Assembly (NCBI GenBank): GCA_045535005.1
Contig: JAZSKU010000047.1
Span: 1-54,968, forward strand
From: Bacilli bacterium
GTDB taxonomy: Bacteria; Bacillota_I; Bacilli_A; RF39; UBA660
Direction: 5' to 3'
DNA length: 54,968 nucleotides
The position numbers and the translations under genes are program-made. The notes beneath the pieces were generated by a model. It did not search any database, was not told the origin of the DNA, and saw nothing but the letters and a program-made list of their open reading frames with translations. This document shows positions 18,575 through 26,820 of this stretch, one piece after another. Position 1 is the first letter of the stretch, and every line of letters begins with the position of its first letter.

Positions 18575-19375
18575 GTGAAATTAATAAATAATAATTCTCT
18601 TTATTTAACTGGTGATGAGTTTTCTAAATATGAAGATAAATTACTAGGAGAAGGGAAAGATGCTAGGGTATATATTTACTCAAATGATTATTTGCTTAAA
18701 ATATATAAGGAATGTTCCTCTTTTATATCTTTTGAAAAATTTGATACTGCAAATGGTGTATTAAAGGCATATAGTCCTAATACTATTTTGGAAGCAATTA
18801 ATAGGCAAAGATTTGTTAAGAATACATCTCTTCCTAAGGCATTGGTGTATGTTGATGGAATATTTAGAGGTTCTTTGATTAAAAGACATAAGTCTTCAAT
18901 TGAACTTCATAAGATATGGGGTGTTTTGAGTAGGAAAAAGAGAGTTTTAATACTTAGAAGGCTTCTTGATAATATTTCTGAACTTATTAATAATAATATA
19001 TATCATTTTGATTTAACTAACTGTCCAGATAATTCTAGAAGTAATAATTTATCTCATAGTAATATATTAATATCGAGGGGTTTTAACGTTAATATTATTG
19101 ATTTAGATGGTAGGAGTACTATTTATACTACAAGTAATAATGATTGTTATTCTGCCTTAGTTTACAATGGTTTATTATCTTTAATTATTGAACTTATTTG
19201 TGATATTGAAGTTAGTGATGATATTATGGCTGAAGACATAAGATACTATAGGAGAATTTTATCTTCTTATGGTTTATCTGAAAATATAATTTTGTCTTTA
19301 GTTGAGGAAGAGGGAACGCGAGAAACTGTAAGTGAATTAATTGATTTATATGAAAAGAAACTAATATTAAAGTAA
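18575..19375 (+). CDS. Protein-kinase-like fold protein (atypical; CotS/bacterial spore kinase-like?)
   Basis: Gly-loop-like GEGKDARVY, LLKIYKE (VAIK-like Lys), HFDL...HSNILI catalytic-loop-like segment with an insertion, IIDLDG (DFG-like). Resembles the ORF at 51098. Confidence 0.5.
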   Translation: MKLINNNSLYLTGDEFSKYEDKLLGEGKDARVYIYSNDYLLKIYKECSSFISFEKFDTANGVLKAYSPNTILEAINRQRFVKNTSLPKALVYVDGIFRGSLIKRHKSSIELHKIWGVLSRKKRVLILRRLLDNISELINNNIYHFDLTNCPDNSRSNNLSHSNILISRGFNVNIIDLDGRSTIYTTSNNDCYSALVYNGLLSLIIELICDIEVSDDIMAEDIRYYRRILSSYGLSENIILSLVEEEGTRETVSELIDLYEKKLILK

Positions 19376-19384
19376 GGAAGGTAT

Positions 19385-19978
19385 ATGAAAACTAAAGTTA
19401 TAGTTGTTAAAACTATAGAAGATTTTGAGAAAATAAGATTAATTAGAGGGGATGCTAGAATAATTGTTATTCTTGCTAATGATATTGACTTTAAAAATAA
19501 TGAGTTTTTAACTCTTTTAAAGCCATATGCGAGTGTTATTATGTATGGAATGAATCATTCTATATCTAATGTTGTAATTAAAGGAAATGGGTCTAAAAAG
19601 GTAGGTTTTTTTGGTAATTTAAGAAATCTATATATAAGAGGAGTTAACTTTAATAATATTACTGTAGAAGGTTATAAAGAAGTAGGTAGTATTGCGGGAG
19701 ATGTTAGTGAAAACGTTAACTTAAAAGATGCTAATGTTAAATCTAATGTCACAGGATATGATTTTGTAGGTGGAGTAGTAGGTAGTTGTGATCATTTTAA
19801 AATTGTTGATTCTAAAGTTGATACTACTGTTCATGCACAAGATTTATATGGTAGTGTAGTTGGATTTAGTTCTTCTTATGATGATGAGAATTTAGAGTTA
19901 ACTTCTAATGACTTATTTGATAAGTGTGGATTTACTATTAAAAATTATGCACTTAGAAGACAAATGAAAAGAGATTAA
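19385..19978 (+). CDS. Hypothetical protein with GLUG-like beta-helix repeats
   Basis: Repeated V/I-x-G-x-x-x-VGG/IAG units (VGSIAGDV, FVGGVVGS, LYGSVVGF). RBS AAGGAAGG. Confidence 0.45.
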   Translation: MKTKVIVVKTIEDFEKIRLIRGDARIIVILANDIDFKNNEFLTLLKPYASVIMYGMNHSISNVVIKGNGSKKVGFFGNLRNLYIRGVNFNNITVEGYKEVGSIAGDVSENVNLKDANVKSNVTGYDFVGGVVGSCDHFKIVDSKVDTTVHAQDLYGSVVGFSSSYDDENLELTSNDLFDKCGFTIKNYALRRQMKRD

Positions 19979-20667
19979 TAATTATTATTTTGAATAAATT
20001 TACGGAGCATTTTAATTAATGCTCTTTTTTCTATTCTTGAAACATAACTTCTTGATATATTTAGATGTTTTGCTATTTCTTTTTGAGTTAATTCTTTTGT
20101 GTTAAATAGTCCGTATCTCATTTTTATTATTTCTAATTCTCTTTTATTAAGACATTTTAAATATTTATTTAAGTTTTTAATATTATCTTCTGTTTCTATT
20201 ATGTTTTCAAAATCTATTGTTTCGCTTTTTAATACATCTATTAATGAAATAGGGTATCCTTCTTTATCATGAGCTATTGTTTCGTTTAGACTTATATTGT
20301 TTTGATATTTTTTATTACTTCTAAAATGCATTAATATCTCATTTTCAGCGCATTTAGCGGCATAAGTAGTTAGTTTAACACCTTTACTAGGTTTATATGA
20401 ATCTATTCCTTTAATAAGTCCTATAGTGCCTATACTTATTAGATCATCTTGTGAAGTAATATTGTTTTCATACTTTTTTACTATGTGTGCGACTAGTCTT
20501 AAATTATGTTTAATTAATTTGTTTCTTGCTTCTTTATCTCCTTTTAAATATTTATCTATTGTTTCATTTTCTTCTTTTTCAGACAGTGGGTTATCAAAAA
20601 TATTTATAGAGTAGCTTGTTGTTAAAACTTTTAGTTTTTTTAAGTATTCAATTAATTTTTTTATCAT
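19975..20667 (-). CDS. sigK: Sporulation sigma factor, SigK-like (sigma-70 family, E/K group)
   Basis: LIKHNLRLVAHIVKKY, DLISIGTIGLIKGIDSY, AAKCAENEILMHFR, ISLIDVLKSE, ISRSYVSRIEKRALIKM. These are closer to the B. subtilis SigK strings I recall than to SigE. The gene is uninterrupted. Confidence 0.7.
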   Translation of the reverse strand: MIKKLIEYLKKLKVLTTSYSINIFDNPLSEKEENETIDKYLKGDKEARNKLIKHNLRLVAHIVKKYENNITSQDDLISIGTIGLIKGIDSYKPSKGVKLTTYAAKCAENEILMHFRSNKKYQNNISLNETIAHDKEGYPISLIDVLKSETIDFENIIETEDNIKNLNKYLKCLNKRELEIIKMRYGLFNTKELTQKEIAKHLNISRSYVSRIEKRALIKMLRKFIQNNNY

Positions 20668-20870
20668 ATTTTATTCTATGTAAAGCGAACAAATAATATG
20701 AAAATTAAGTTTTTCTTTTAAATAGAGGGGTTAAATGTTTTTTTTAATAAAAAATATAAAATTTAAAATTGTAAAGTTTTTAAAAAAGTAAAAAAATAAT
20801 AAAAAAAACATTTACTTTTATTTTGATGTTTGTTAAGATTAGTTTAGTTAATAGAGAGGTAATATTAATT

Positions 20871-22826
20871 ATGAAGAAGGACTTATTTGATGAACTTGTT
20901 GTCGTCAAAAGAAGTGGTCAAAGGGTAGGGTTTAATGCGCATAAAATAGCGGTTGCGATTAAGAATGCTTTTGATAACTTAAACGGCAAATATGGTGAAA
21001 AACATATTAATAAAATATACGAAGAAGTTCTTCTTTGTATTGAGACTTTATATATAGATAGAAAGACTATTAATGTTGAAGATATTCAAGATATAATAGA
21101 GAATATTCTAAAGGAAAAGAAATATTTTGATGTATATAATGCATTTCATCAATACAGAACTAAAAGGGCTAATTCAAGACAAGTTTTTGGTAGTAAGAAC
21201 CAACATAAATTTGTTAAGGCCATTGAAAAGATACTTAAGAGTGATGCTTTAAGAAATGATAATGATTTACTTCCTAAAGAAATTATTATTAATTATGGAA
21301 AGATAATCACTAATGAGTTTACTAAATCATATATTATAGATAATAAATATTTAAGAAGTCATGAAGAAGGATACATTTATATTCATGATATGGAATGTTT
21401 CCCACTTGGGATGGTATCTCATACTCATTTAATGATGGATGACTTTATTAGTAGAACTAATTCTATAGATGAAACTCTTAATTTTATATTAGATACTAAG
21501 GAAGAAGTGAGTGGTGAACTTAGTATTCCTTCTATAGATTATTTATTTGAAAAATATGTTTTTTGTAAATTTAAACATTATTATAAAGAATATTTATTTA
21601 ATTATTTAAATATAGTTGGTGTATCTGAATATATTAATCTTAGAAGACTTAATGAATTAATTGATAAAGAAACTAAGTTACCGTTTGAGATTAATAATTA
21701 TGATCAATTTATATTAAATGATAGTATTAAAAGAGTATTTGATAATGCTTATATAGATGCTTTAAATAAGGTTAAGAGGCTTATTGATAGAAAGATACAT
21801 AAAATACTTAATAAGCTTCAAAATGATAAGAATAAAGGTAAATATAGCATTAGTTTTGGTACTAATGATAGTTATATAGGTGAAATAATAAGTAATGCTT
21901 TAATAGATAATATTCGTGAATATGAATATTTAAGTAAGGTACCTATTATATATAAGGTAAGAAGTAGTGATGATAAACTTCTATGTAGGGTTATAGAATT
22001 AATAAACTTAAATAAGAATATTTTATTATCATTTATGAATACTAGTTATAATAAGAATGAAGAAGATGTTGAATATTTTAGTAATGGTATGAGAGTATTT
22101 GAAAATACTAATGATATTAATACTTCTAATGGAAGAATGGTAGTAGCGACAACATCTATTAATATGGCAAGACTTGGTCTTGAATATGAAAATGCTAATA
22201 AAAATGAATTTTATAAAGCGCTTGATGAAGAACTTGAACTTGTTAAAAATGAATTATTACTTACATTTGAGATGATTGGTAATAAGAGTAAAAATAATTA
22301 TAATAATTTATTTGATAATAATATATTTAGTTGTGAGAAGTTAGAGTCTGGTGGAAAGATAAGAAAAGTTATTAAAAACGGTGACTTATTTATCGGACTT
22401 GTTGGTTTATCTGAATGTGTTAGTTTATTATCTAAGGATGAAACTAAAAAAGATAAATTATTAAAAGAAATAATTAAATATATTAATGATAAATGTAATT
22501 CTTTTATAGTTAAAACTAAGCTTAATTTCTATATATGTGAACCATATAATAAAAAGGTAAGAAGAGAATTTGTATCTTTTGATAAAGCTATATATGGTAT
22601 TAGAAAAGGTATTACTGATAAGAATGAATATGATCTTATTTGTGACACGCTTAATACATATAGTGGTGTAGGTACTATTCAGAAGTTAATTCCTGGTGGT
22701 GCGTTTAAAAATATCAAAATAAATAAGAATTCTTCTTGTGATAAGATTAAGAAGATTATAAATGAATTGATTGATAATGATGTGGGTATAGTTAGATTTG
22801 TTGGAGGTGATAATTTATGCGAATAA
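20871..22826 (+). CDS. Degenerate NrdD-like protein (ATP-cone plus class III RNR barrel homolog lacking the catalytic Cys motif and the glycyl-radical/Zn domain)
   Basis: ATP-cone VVKRSGQRVGFNAHKIAVAIKNAF. Collinear with the NrdD at 23516: GYIYIHDME vs DIHLHDLS, TSINMARLG vs VTINMPRIA, IGLVGLSEC vs IGLVGMNEAC. NGMRVFEN replaces SMCCRLRLD, and the protein ends before the Zn-ribbon/RxxGY region. Start set to the ATG at 20871. Confidence 0.7.
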   Translation: MKKDLFDELVVVKRSGQRVGFNAHKIAVAIKNAFDNLNGKYGEKHINKIYEEVLLCIETLYIDRKTINVEDIQDIIENILKEKKYFDVYNAFHQYRTKRANSRQVFGSKNQHKFVKAIEKILKSDALRNDNDLLPKEIIINYGKIITNEFTKSYIIDNKYLRSHEEGYIYIHDMECFPLGMVSHTHLMMDDFISRTNSIDETLNFILDTKEEVSGELSIPSIDYLFEKYVFCKFKHYYKEYLFNYLNIVGVSEYINLRRLNELIDKETKLPFEINNYDQFILNDSIKRVFDNAYIDALNKVKRLIDRKIHKILNKLQNDKNKGKYSISFGTNDSYIGEIISNALIDNIREYEYLSKVPIIYKVRSSDDKLLCRVIELINLNKNILLSFMNTSYNKNEEDVEYFSNGMRVFENTNDINTSNGRMVVATTSINMARLGLEYENANKNEFYKALDEELELVKNELLLTFEMIGNKSKNNYNNLFDNNIFSCEKLESGGKIRKVIKNGDLFIGLVGLSECVSLLSKDETKKDKLLKEIIKYINDKCNSFIVKTKLNFYICEPYNKKVRREFVSFDKAIYGIRKGITDKNEYDLICDTLNTYSGVGTIQKLIPGGAFKNIKINKNSSCDKIKKIINELIDNDVGIVRFVGGDNLCE

Positions 22827-23488
22827 GTGGTCACTTAAAACTTTCGTTAACTGACTATCCTGGACATTTATCTACGATTGTATTTACTCAAGGATGTAAC
22901 TTTAAATGTCCATTTTGTCAAAATAGTATCTTTATTAATAGTGAAGATGGAATTATACCTGAAAATGATATCTTTGAATACTTAAATAAGAGAAAAGGTG
23001 TTTTAGAAGGTGTAGTAGTAAGTGGGGGAGAACCAACATTACAAAAAGACTTAAAACTTTTTATGAGAAAAGTTAAAGATTTAGGGCTTAAAATTAAATT
23101 AGATACTAATGGTAGTAATTATTTAGTTTTAAAAGAACTTATTGATGAAGAGTTAGTTGATTATGTAGCGATGGATGTTAAAAATGTTTATGATGAATAT
23201 TCTACTATATGTGGAGTTAAGGTTATAGTTGATAATATTAAGAAGAGTATTAAACTCTTAAGAGAAAGTAATATTGATTATGAATTTAGAACTACTATAG
23301 TTAAAGAGTTTCATGATATAGATAAGATACTTAAATTATGTGAAGAGTTTAAAGATGACAAGTATTTCTTACAGAATTTTCAAAATAGTGAAAATGTTAT
23401 TGATAAGTCATTACATAGTTTTAGTAAAGATGAATTAGAAAAAATAAGAATGAAAATTAAACATTATCCAAATGTAAATATTCGTTAA
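22817..23488 (+). CDS. nrdG: Anaerobic ribonucleoside-triphosphate reductase activating protein (radical SAM)
   Basis: GCNFKCPFCQN (CxxxCxxC) and VVVSGGEPT. Overlaps the upstream stop by 10 nt. Confidence 0.9.
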   Translation: MRISGHLKLSLTDYPGHLSTIVFTQGCNFKCPFCQNSIFINSEDGIIPENDIFEYLNKRKGVLEGVVVSGGEPTLQKDLKLFMRKVKDLGLKIKLDTNGSNYLVLKELIDEELVDYVAMDVKNVYDEYSTICGVKVIVDNIKKSIKLLRESNIDYEFRTTIVKEFHDIDKILKLCEEFKDDKYFLQNFQNSENVIDKSLHSFSKDELEKIRMKIKHYPNVNIR

Positions 23489-23515
23489 TTATACAATTTA
23501 AGGAGGTAATATATT

Positions 23516-25846
23516 ATGTATAAGGTAAGAAAAAGAGATGGAAAAATAGTTAATTTTGATATTAATAAGATAGGGGATGCAATCACTAAAGCTTTTGAAG
23601 CTGAAAATAAGAATTATGACTCTAATGTTATTGACTTTTTAGCACTTAAAGTTACTGCTGACTTTGAAGAAAAAATAGTTGATAATATTGTAAATGTTGA
23701 AGATATTCAAGATAGTGCTGAACATGTACTTTCTCAAGCTGGATATACTGATGTTGCTAAAGCATATATTTTATATCGTAAGTTACATGAAAGACAAAGA
23801 GCTATGGAAAGCACTATATTAGACTATAAAGAAGTAGTTAATAGTTATGTTAATGTAACTGACTGGAGAGTTAAAGAAAACTCAACTGTTACTTATTCAG
23901 TAGGTGGTTTAATTTTAAGTAACTCTGGTGCTATTACTGCTAATTATTGGTTAAGTGAAGTATATGATAAAGAAGTAGCTGATGCTCATAGAAATTGTGA
24001 TATTCACTTACATGATTTATCTATGTTAACTGGTTATTGTGCTGGATGGAGTTTAAAACAATTAATTCAAGAAGGATTAGGTGGAGTTCCAGGTAAAATT
24101 ACATCTTCTCCTGCAAAACATTTAAGTACTTTATGTAATCAAATGGTTAATTTCTTAGGTATTATGCAAAATGAATGGGCTGGTGCTCAAGCATTTAGTT
24201 CTTTTGATACTTATTTAGCTCCATTTGTTAAAGTAGATAAATTAACTCAAAAAGAAGTTAAACAATGTATTCAATCATTTATTTATGGTGTTAATACTCC
24301 TAGTAGATGGGGAACACAAGCGCCATTTACAAATATTACTTTAGACTGGGTAGTACCAAATGATTTAGCTGAATTAAATTGTATTATCGGTGGAAAAGAA
24401 GTAGATTTTAAATATAAAGATTGTCAAAAAGAAATGAATATGATCAATAAAGCATTTATTGAAATTATGATTGAAGGAGATGCTAATGGACGTGGATTCC
24501 AATATCCAATCCCAACATATTCAATTACTAAAGATTTTGACTGGAGTGAAACTGAAAATAATAAATTATTATTTGAAATGACTGCTAAATACGGAACTCC
24601 ATATTTTTCAAATTATATTAATAGTGATATGGAACCTTCTGATGTTAGAAGTATGTGTTGTAGACTTAGACTTGACTTAAGAGAACTTAGAAAGAAATCA
24701 GGTGGATTCTTCGGTAGTGGTGAATCAACTGGATCTATCGGTGTTGTTACAATTAATATGCCAAGAATAGCTTATTTAGCTAAAGATGAAAAAGATTTCT
24801 ATGATAGACTTTTAAAACTTATGGATATTGCTGCTAGAAGTTTAAAGGTTAAGAGAAACGTTATTACTAAATTATTAGATGAAGGTCTTTATCCTTATAC
24901 TAAGAGATATTTAGGTTCATTTAGTAATCACTTCTCTACAATTGGTCTTGTAGGTATGAATGAAGCTTGTTTAAATGCTAAATGGTTAGGTGAAGATTTA
25001 ACTAATGAAAAAGCTCAAAAGTTTACTAAAGATGTATTAAATTACATGAGAGAAAAACTTTCTGATTATCAAGAAGAATATGGGGACCTTTATAACTTAG
25101 AAGCTACTCCAGCTGAAAGTACTACATATAGATTTGCTAAGAAAGATAAATCATTATATCCAGATATTATTACTGCTAGTGATGATGAAACTCCATATTA
25201 TACTAATAGTAGTCACTTACCAGTAGGATTTACTGAAGATATATTTGAAGCTTTAGATATTCAAGATGAACTTCAAACTCTATATACTTCTGGTACTGTA
25301 TTCCATGCATTCTTAGGTGAAAGATTACCAGATTGGAAGAGTGCTGCTAAGTTAGTTAAAACTATCGCAGATAATTATAAATTACCATACTATACAATAA
25401 GTCCAACTTATTCAGTATGTAAAAATCATGGATACTTTGATGGTGAAGTTAGTAAGTGTCCTAAGTGTGGAGAAGACACTGAAATATATAGTCGTATAAC
25501 TGGATATTATCGTCCTGTTAAAAACTGGAATGATGGTAAGAGTAAAGAATATAAGATGAGATGTACTTATAATCTTGAAGGTTCTAAAGAACCACATAGT
25601 CATGAAAGTAAAGATGGAATTTATCTATTCGGAACTAAGACTTGCCCAAACTGTAAGATTGCTAAAAAATTATTAGATGAAGCTAAAATTAAATATGAAT
25701 ATGTAGATGCTGAAAAAGAAGCAGATACTACTAAATATTATGGTGTTAAACAAGCTCCAACATTAGTTGTTGTTAAAGATAATGATCATGAAGTTATTGC
25801 TAATTTATCTAATATTAAGAAATTTATTGGAGAAATGACTAAATAA
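23516..25846 (+). CDS. nrdD: Anaerobic (class III) ribonucleoside-triphosphate reductase NrdD with a C-terminal thioredoxin/glutaredoxin-fold domain
   Basis: ATP-cone, SMCCRLRLD finger-loop motif, Zn ribbon CKNHGY...CPKCG, glycyl-radical motif SRITGYYRPV. An extra ~77 aa follows (GIYLFGTKTCPNCK...APTLVV) with a CPNC redox motif. Confidence 0.9.
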   Translation: MYKVRKRDGKIVNFDINKIGDAITKAFEAENKNYDSNVIDFLALKVTADFEEKIVDNIVNVEDIQDSAEHVLSQAGYTDVAKAYILYRKLHERQRAMESTILDYKEVVNSYVNVTDWRVKENSTVTYSVGGLILSNSGAITANYWLSEVYDKEVADAHRNCDIHLHDLSMLTGYCAGWSLKQLIQEGLGGVPGKITSSPAKHLSTLCNQMVNFLGIMQNEWAGAQAFSSFDTYLAPFVKVDKLTQKEVKQCIQSFIYGVNTPSRWGTQAPFTNITLDWVVPNDLAELNCIIGGKEVDFKYKDCQKEMNMINKAFIEIMIEGDANGRGFQYPIPTYSITKDFDWSETENNKLLFEMTAKYGTPYFSNYINSDMEPSDVRSMCCRLRLDLRELRKKSGGFFGSGESTGSIGVVTINMPRIAYLAKDEKDFYDRLLKLMDIAARSLKVKRNVITKLLDEGLYPYTKRYLGSFSNHFSTIGLVGMNEACLNAKWLGEDLTNEKAQKFTKDVLNYMREKLSDYQEEYGDLYNLEATPAESTTYRFAKKDKSLYPDIITASDDETPYYTNSSHLPVGFTEDIFEALDIQDELQTLYTSGTVFHAFLGERLPDWKSAAKLVKTIADNYKLPYYTISPTYSVCKNHGYFDGEVSKCPKCGEDTEIYSRITGYYRPVKNWNDGKSKEYKMRCTYNLEGSKEPHSHESKDGIYLFGTKTCPNCKIAKKLLDEAKIKYEYVDAEKEADTTKYYGVKQAPTLVVVKDNDHEVIANLSNIKKFIGEMTK

Positions 25847-26742
25847 TGTATGATGTTATTATAGTAGGTGGAGGACCAGCTGGACTTACAGCTGGTATTT
25901 ACCTAGCTAGAGCAGGATATAAATGTGCTATATTTGAAAAAGAGACTATTGGTGGTCAAATAGCTTCTAGTCCTTTAGTGGAAAATTATCCTGGATTTAA
26001 GAAGATTAGTGGTAGTGAACTTGCTGATAATTTATATGAACAAGTTGATGAACTTGGAGTGGAAATATTAATTGAAACTGTTACTAAAGTTTATGAAAAT
26101 AAAGTAGTTACTGAAGAAGGAGAATATACTGCTAAAGCTATTATTCTTGCTACTGGTGCTAAATATAGAACTTTAGGTCTTCCAAATGAAGTTGATTTAA
26201 TTGGAAGTGGTGTTCATTTTTGTGTATCATGCGATGGAGCATTTTATAAGAATAAAGACGTAGCTGTAATAGGTGGATCTAATAGTGCTTGTGGTAATGC
26301 TATATATTTAGCTAATATGTGTTCTAAAGTATATTTAATTTATAGAGGTAATAAACTTAAATGTGATAAATTACTTTATGATAAGATTATGAATACTTCT
26401 AATATTGAAGTTATATATGATACTAATTTAGTTAAATATAATGGAGAAGACTCATTAGAATCTATTGATATTGATACTAAAGGTAATGTTAAAACGCTTG
26501 ATGTTTCTGCTGTATTTTTAGCAATTGGACTTGATGCTGCAACTTCTTTTGCAAGTGATATATTAGATTTAGATGAAAGTAATTATTTTATTGGAAATAA
26601 TACTAAAACTAAATATGAGAATATTTTTGTAGCGGGAGATTGTGTAAGTAAAAATGTTCGTCAGTTAACTACTGCAGTTAATGATGGAACTGTTGCTGCT
26701 TATAGTGTTATGTCTTATTTAAGAAGTTTAGATGATAAATAA
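25846..26742 (+). CDS. trxB: Thioredoxin-reductase-like flavoprotein with a degenerate NADPH-binding motif
   Basis: FAD motif VIIVGGGPAGLTAG and redox-active CVSCDG. Where canonical TrxR has HRRxxxR, this has YRGNKLK. The ATG overlaps the nrdD stop (TAATG). Confidence 0.8.
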   Translation: MYDVIIVGGGPAGLTAGIYLARAGYKCAIFEKETIGGQIASSPLVENYPGFKKISGSELADNLYEQVDELGVEILIETVTKVYENKVVTEEGEYTAKAIILATGAKYRTLGLPNEVDLIGSGVHFCVSCDGAFYKNKDVAVIGGSNSACGNAIYLANMCSKVYLIYRGNKLKCDKLLYDKIMNTSNIEVIYDTNLVKYNGEDSLESIDIDTKGNVKTLDVSAVFLAIGLDAATSFASDILDLDESNYFIGNNTKTKYENIFVAGDCVSKNVRQLTTAVNDGTVAAYSVMSYLRSLDDK

Positions 26743-26820
26743 AAAAGACCTAATTTTAATTGGGTTTTTTAATTGAATAATTATTATAATTATGATAGAC
26801 TAAATATAAGGAGAATAGAT

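Noticed and set aside
20668-20870. Looked for NrdR boxes (16-bp ACACwAtATaTwGTGT-like palindromes) upstream of the nrd cluster
   Set aside because: The region is almost pure A/T with no CAC/GTG palindrome, so I saw no convincing NrdR operator.
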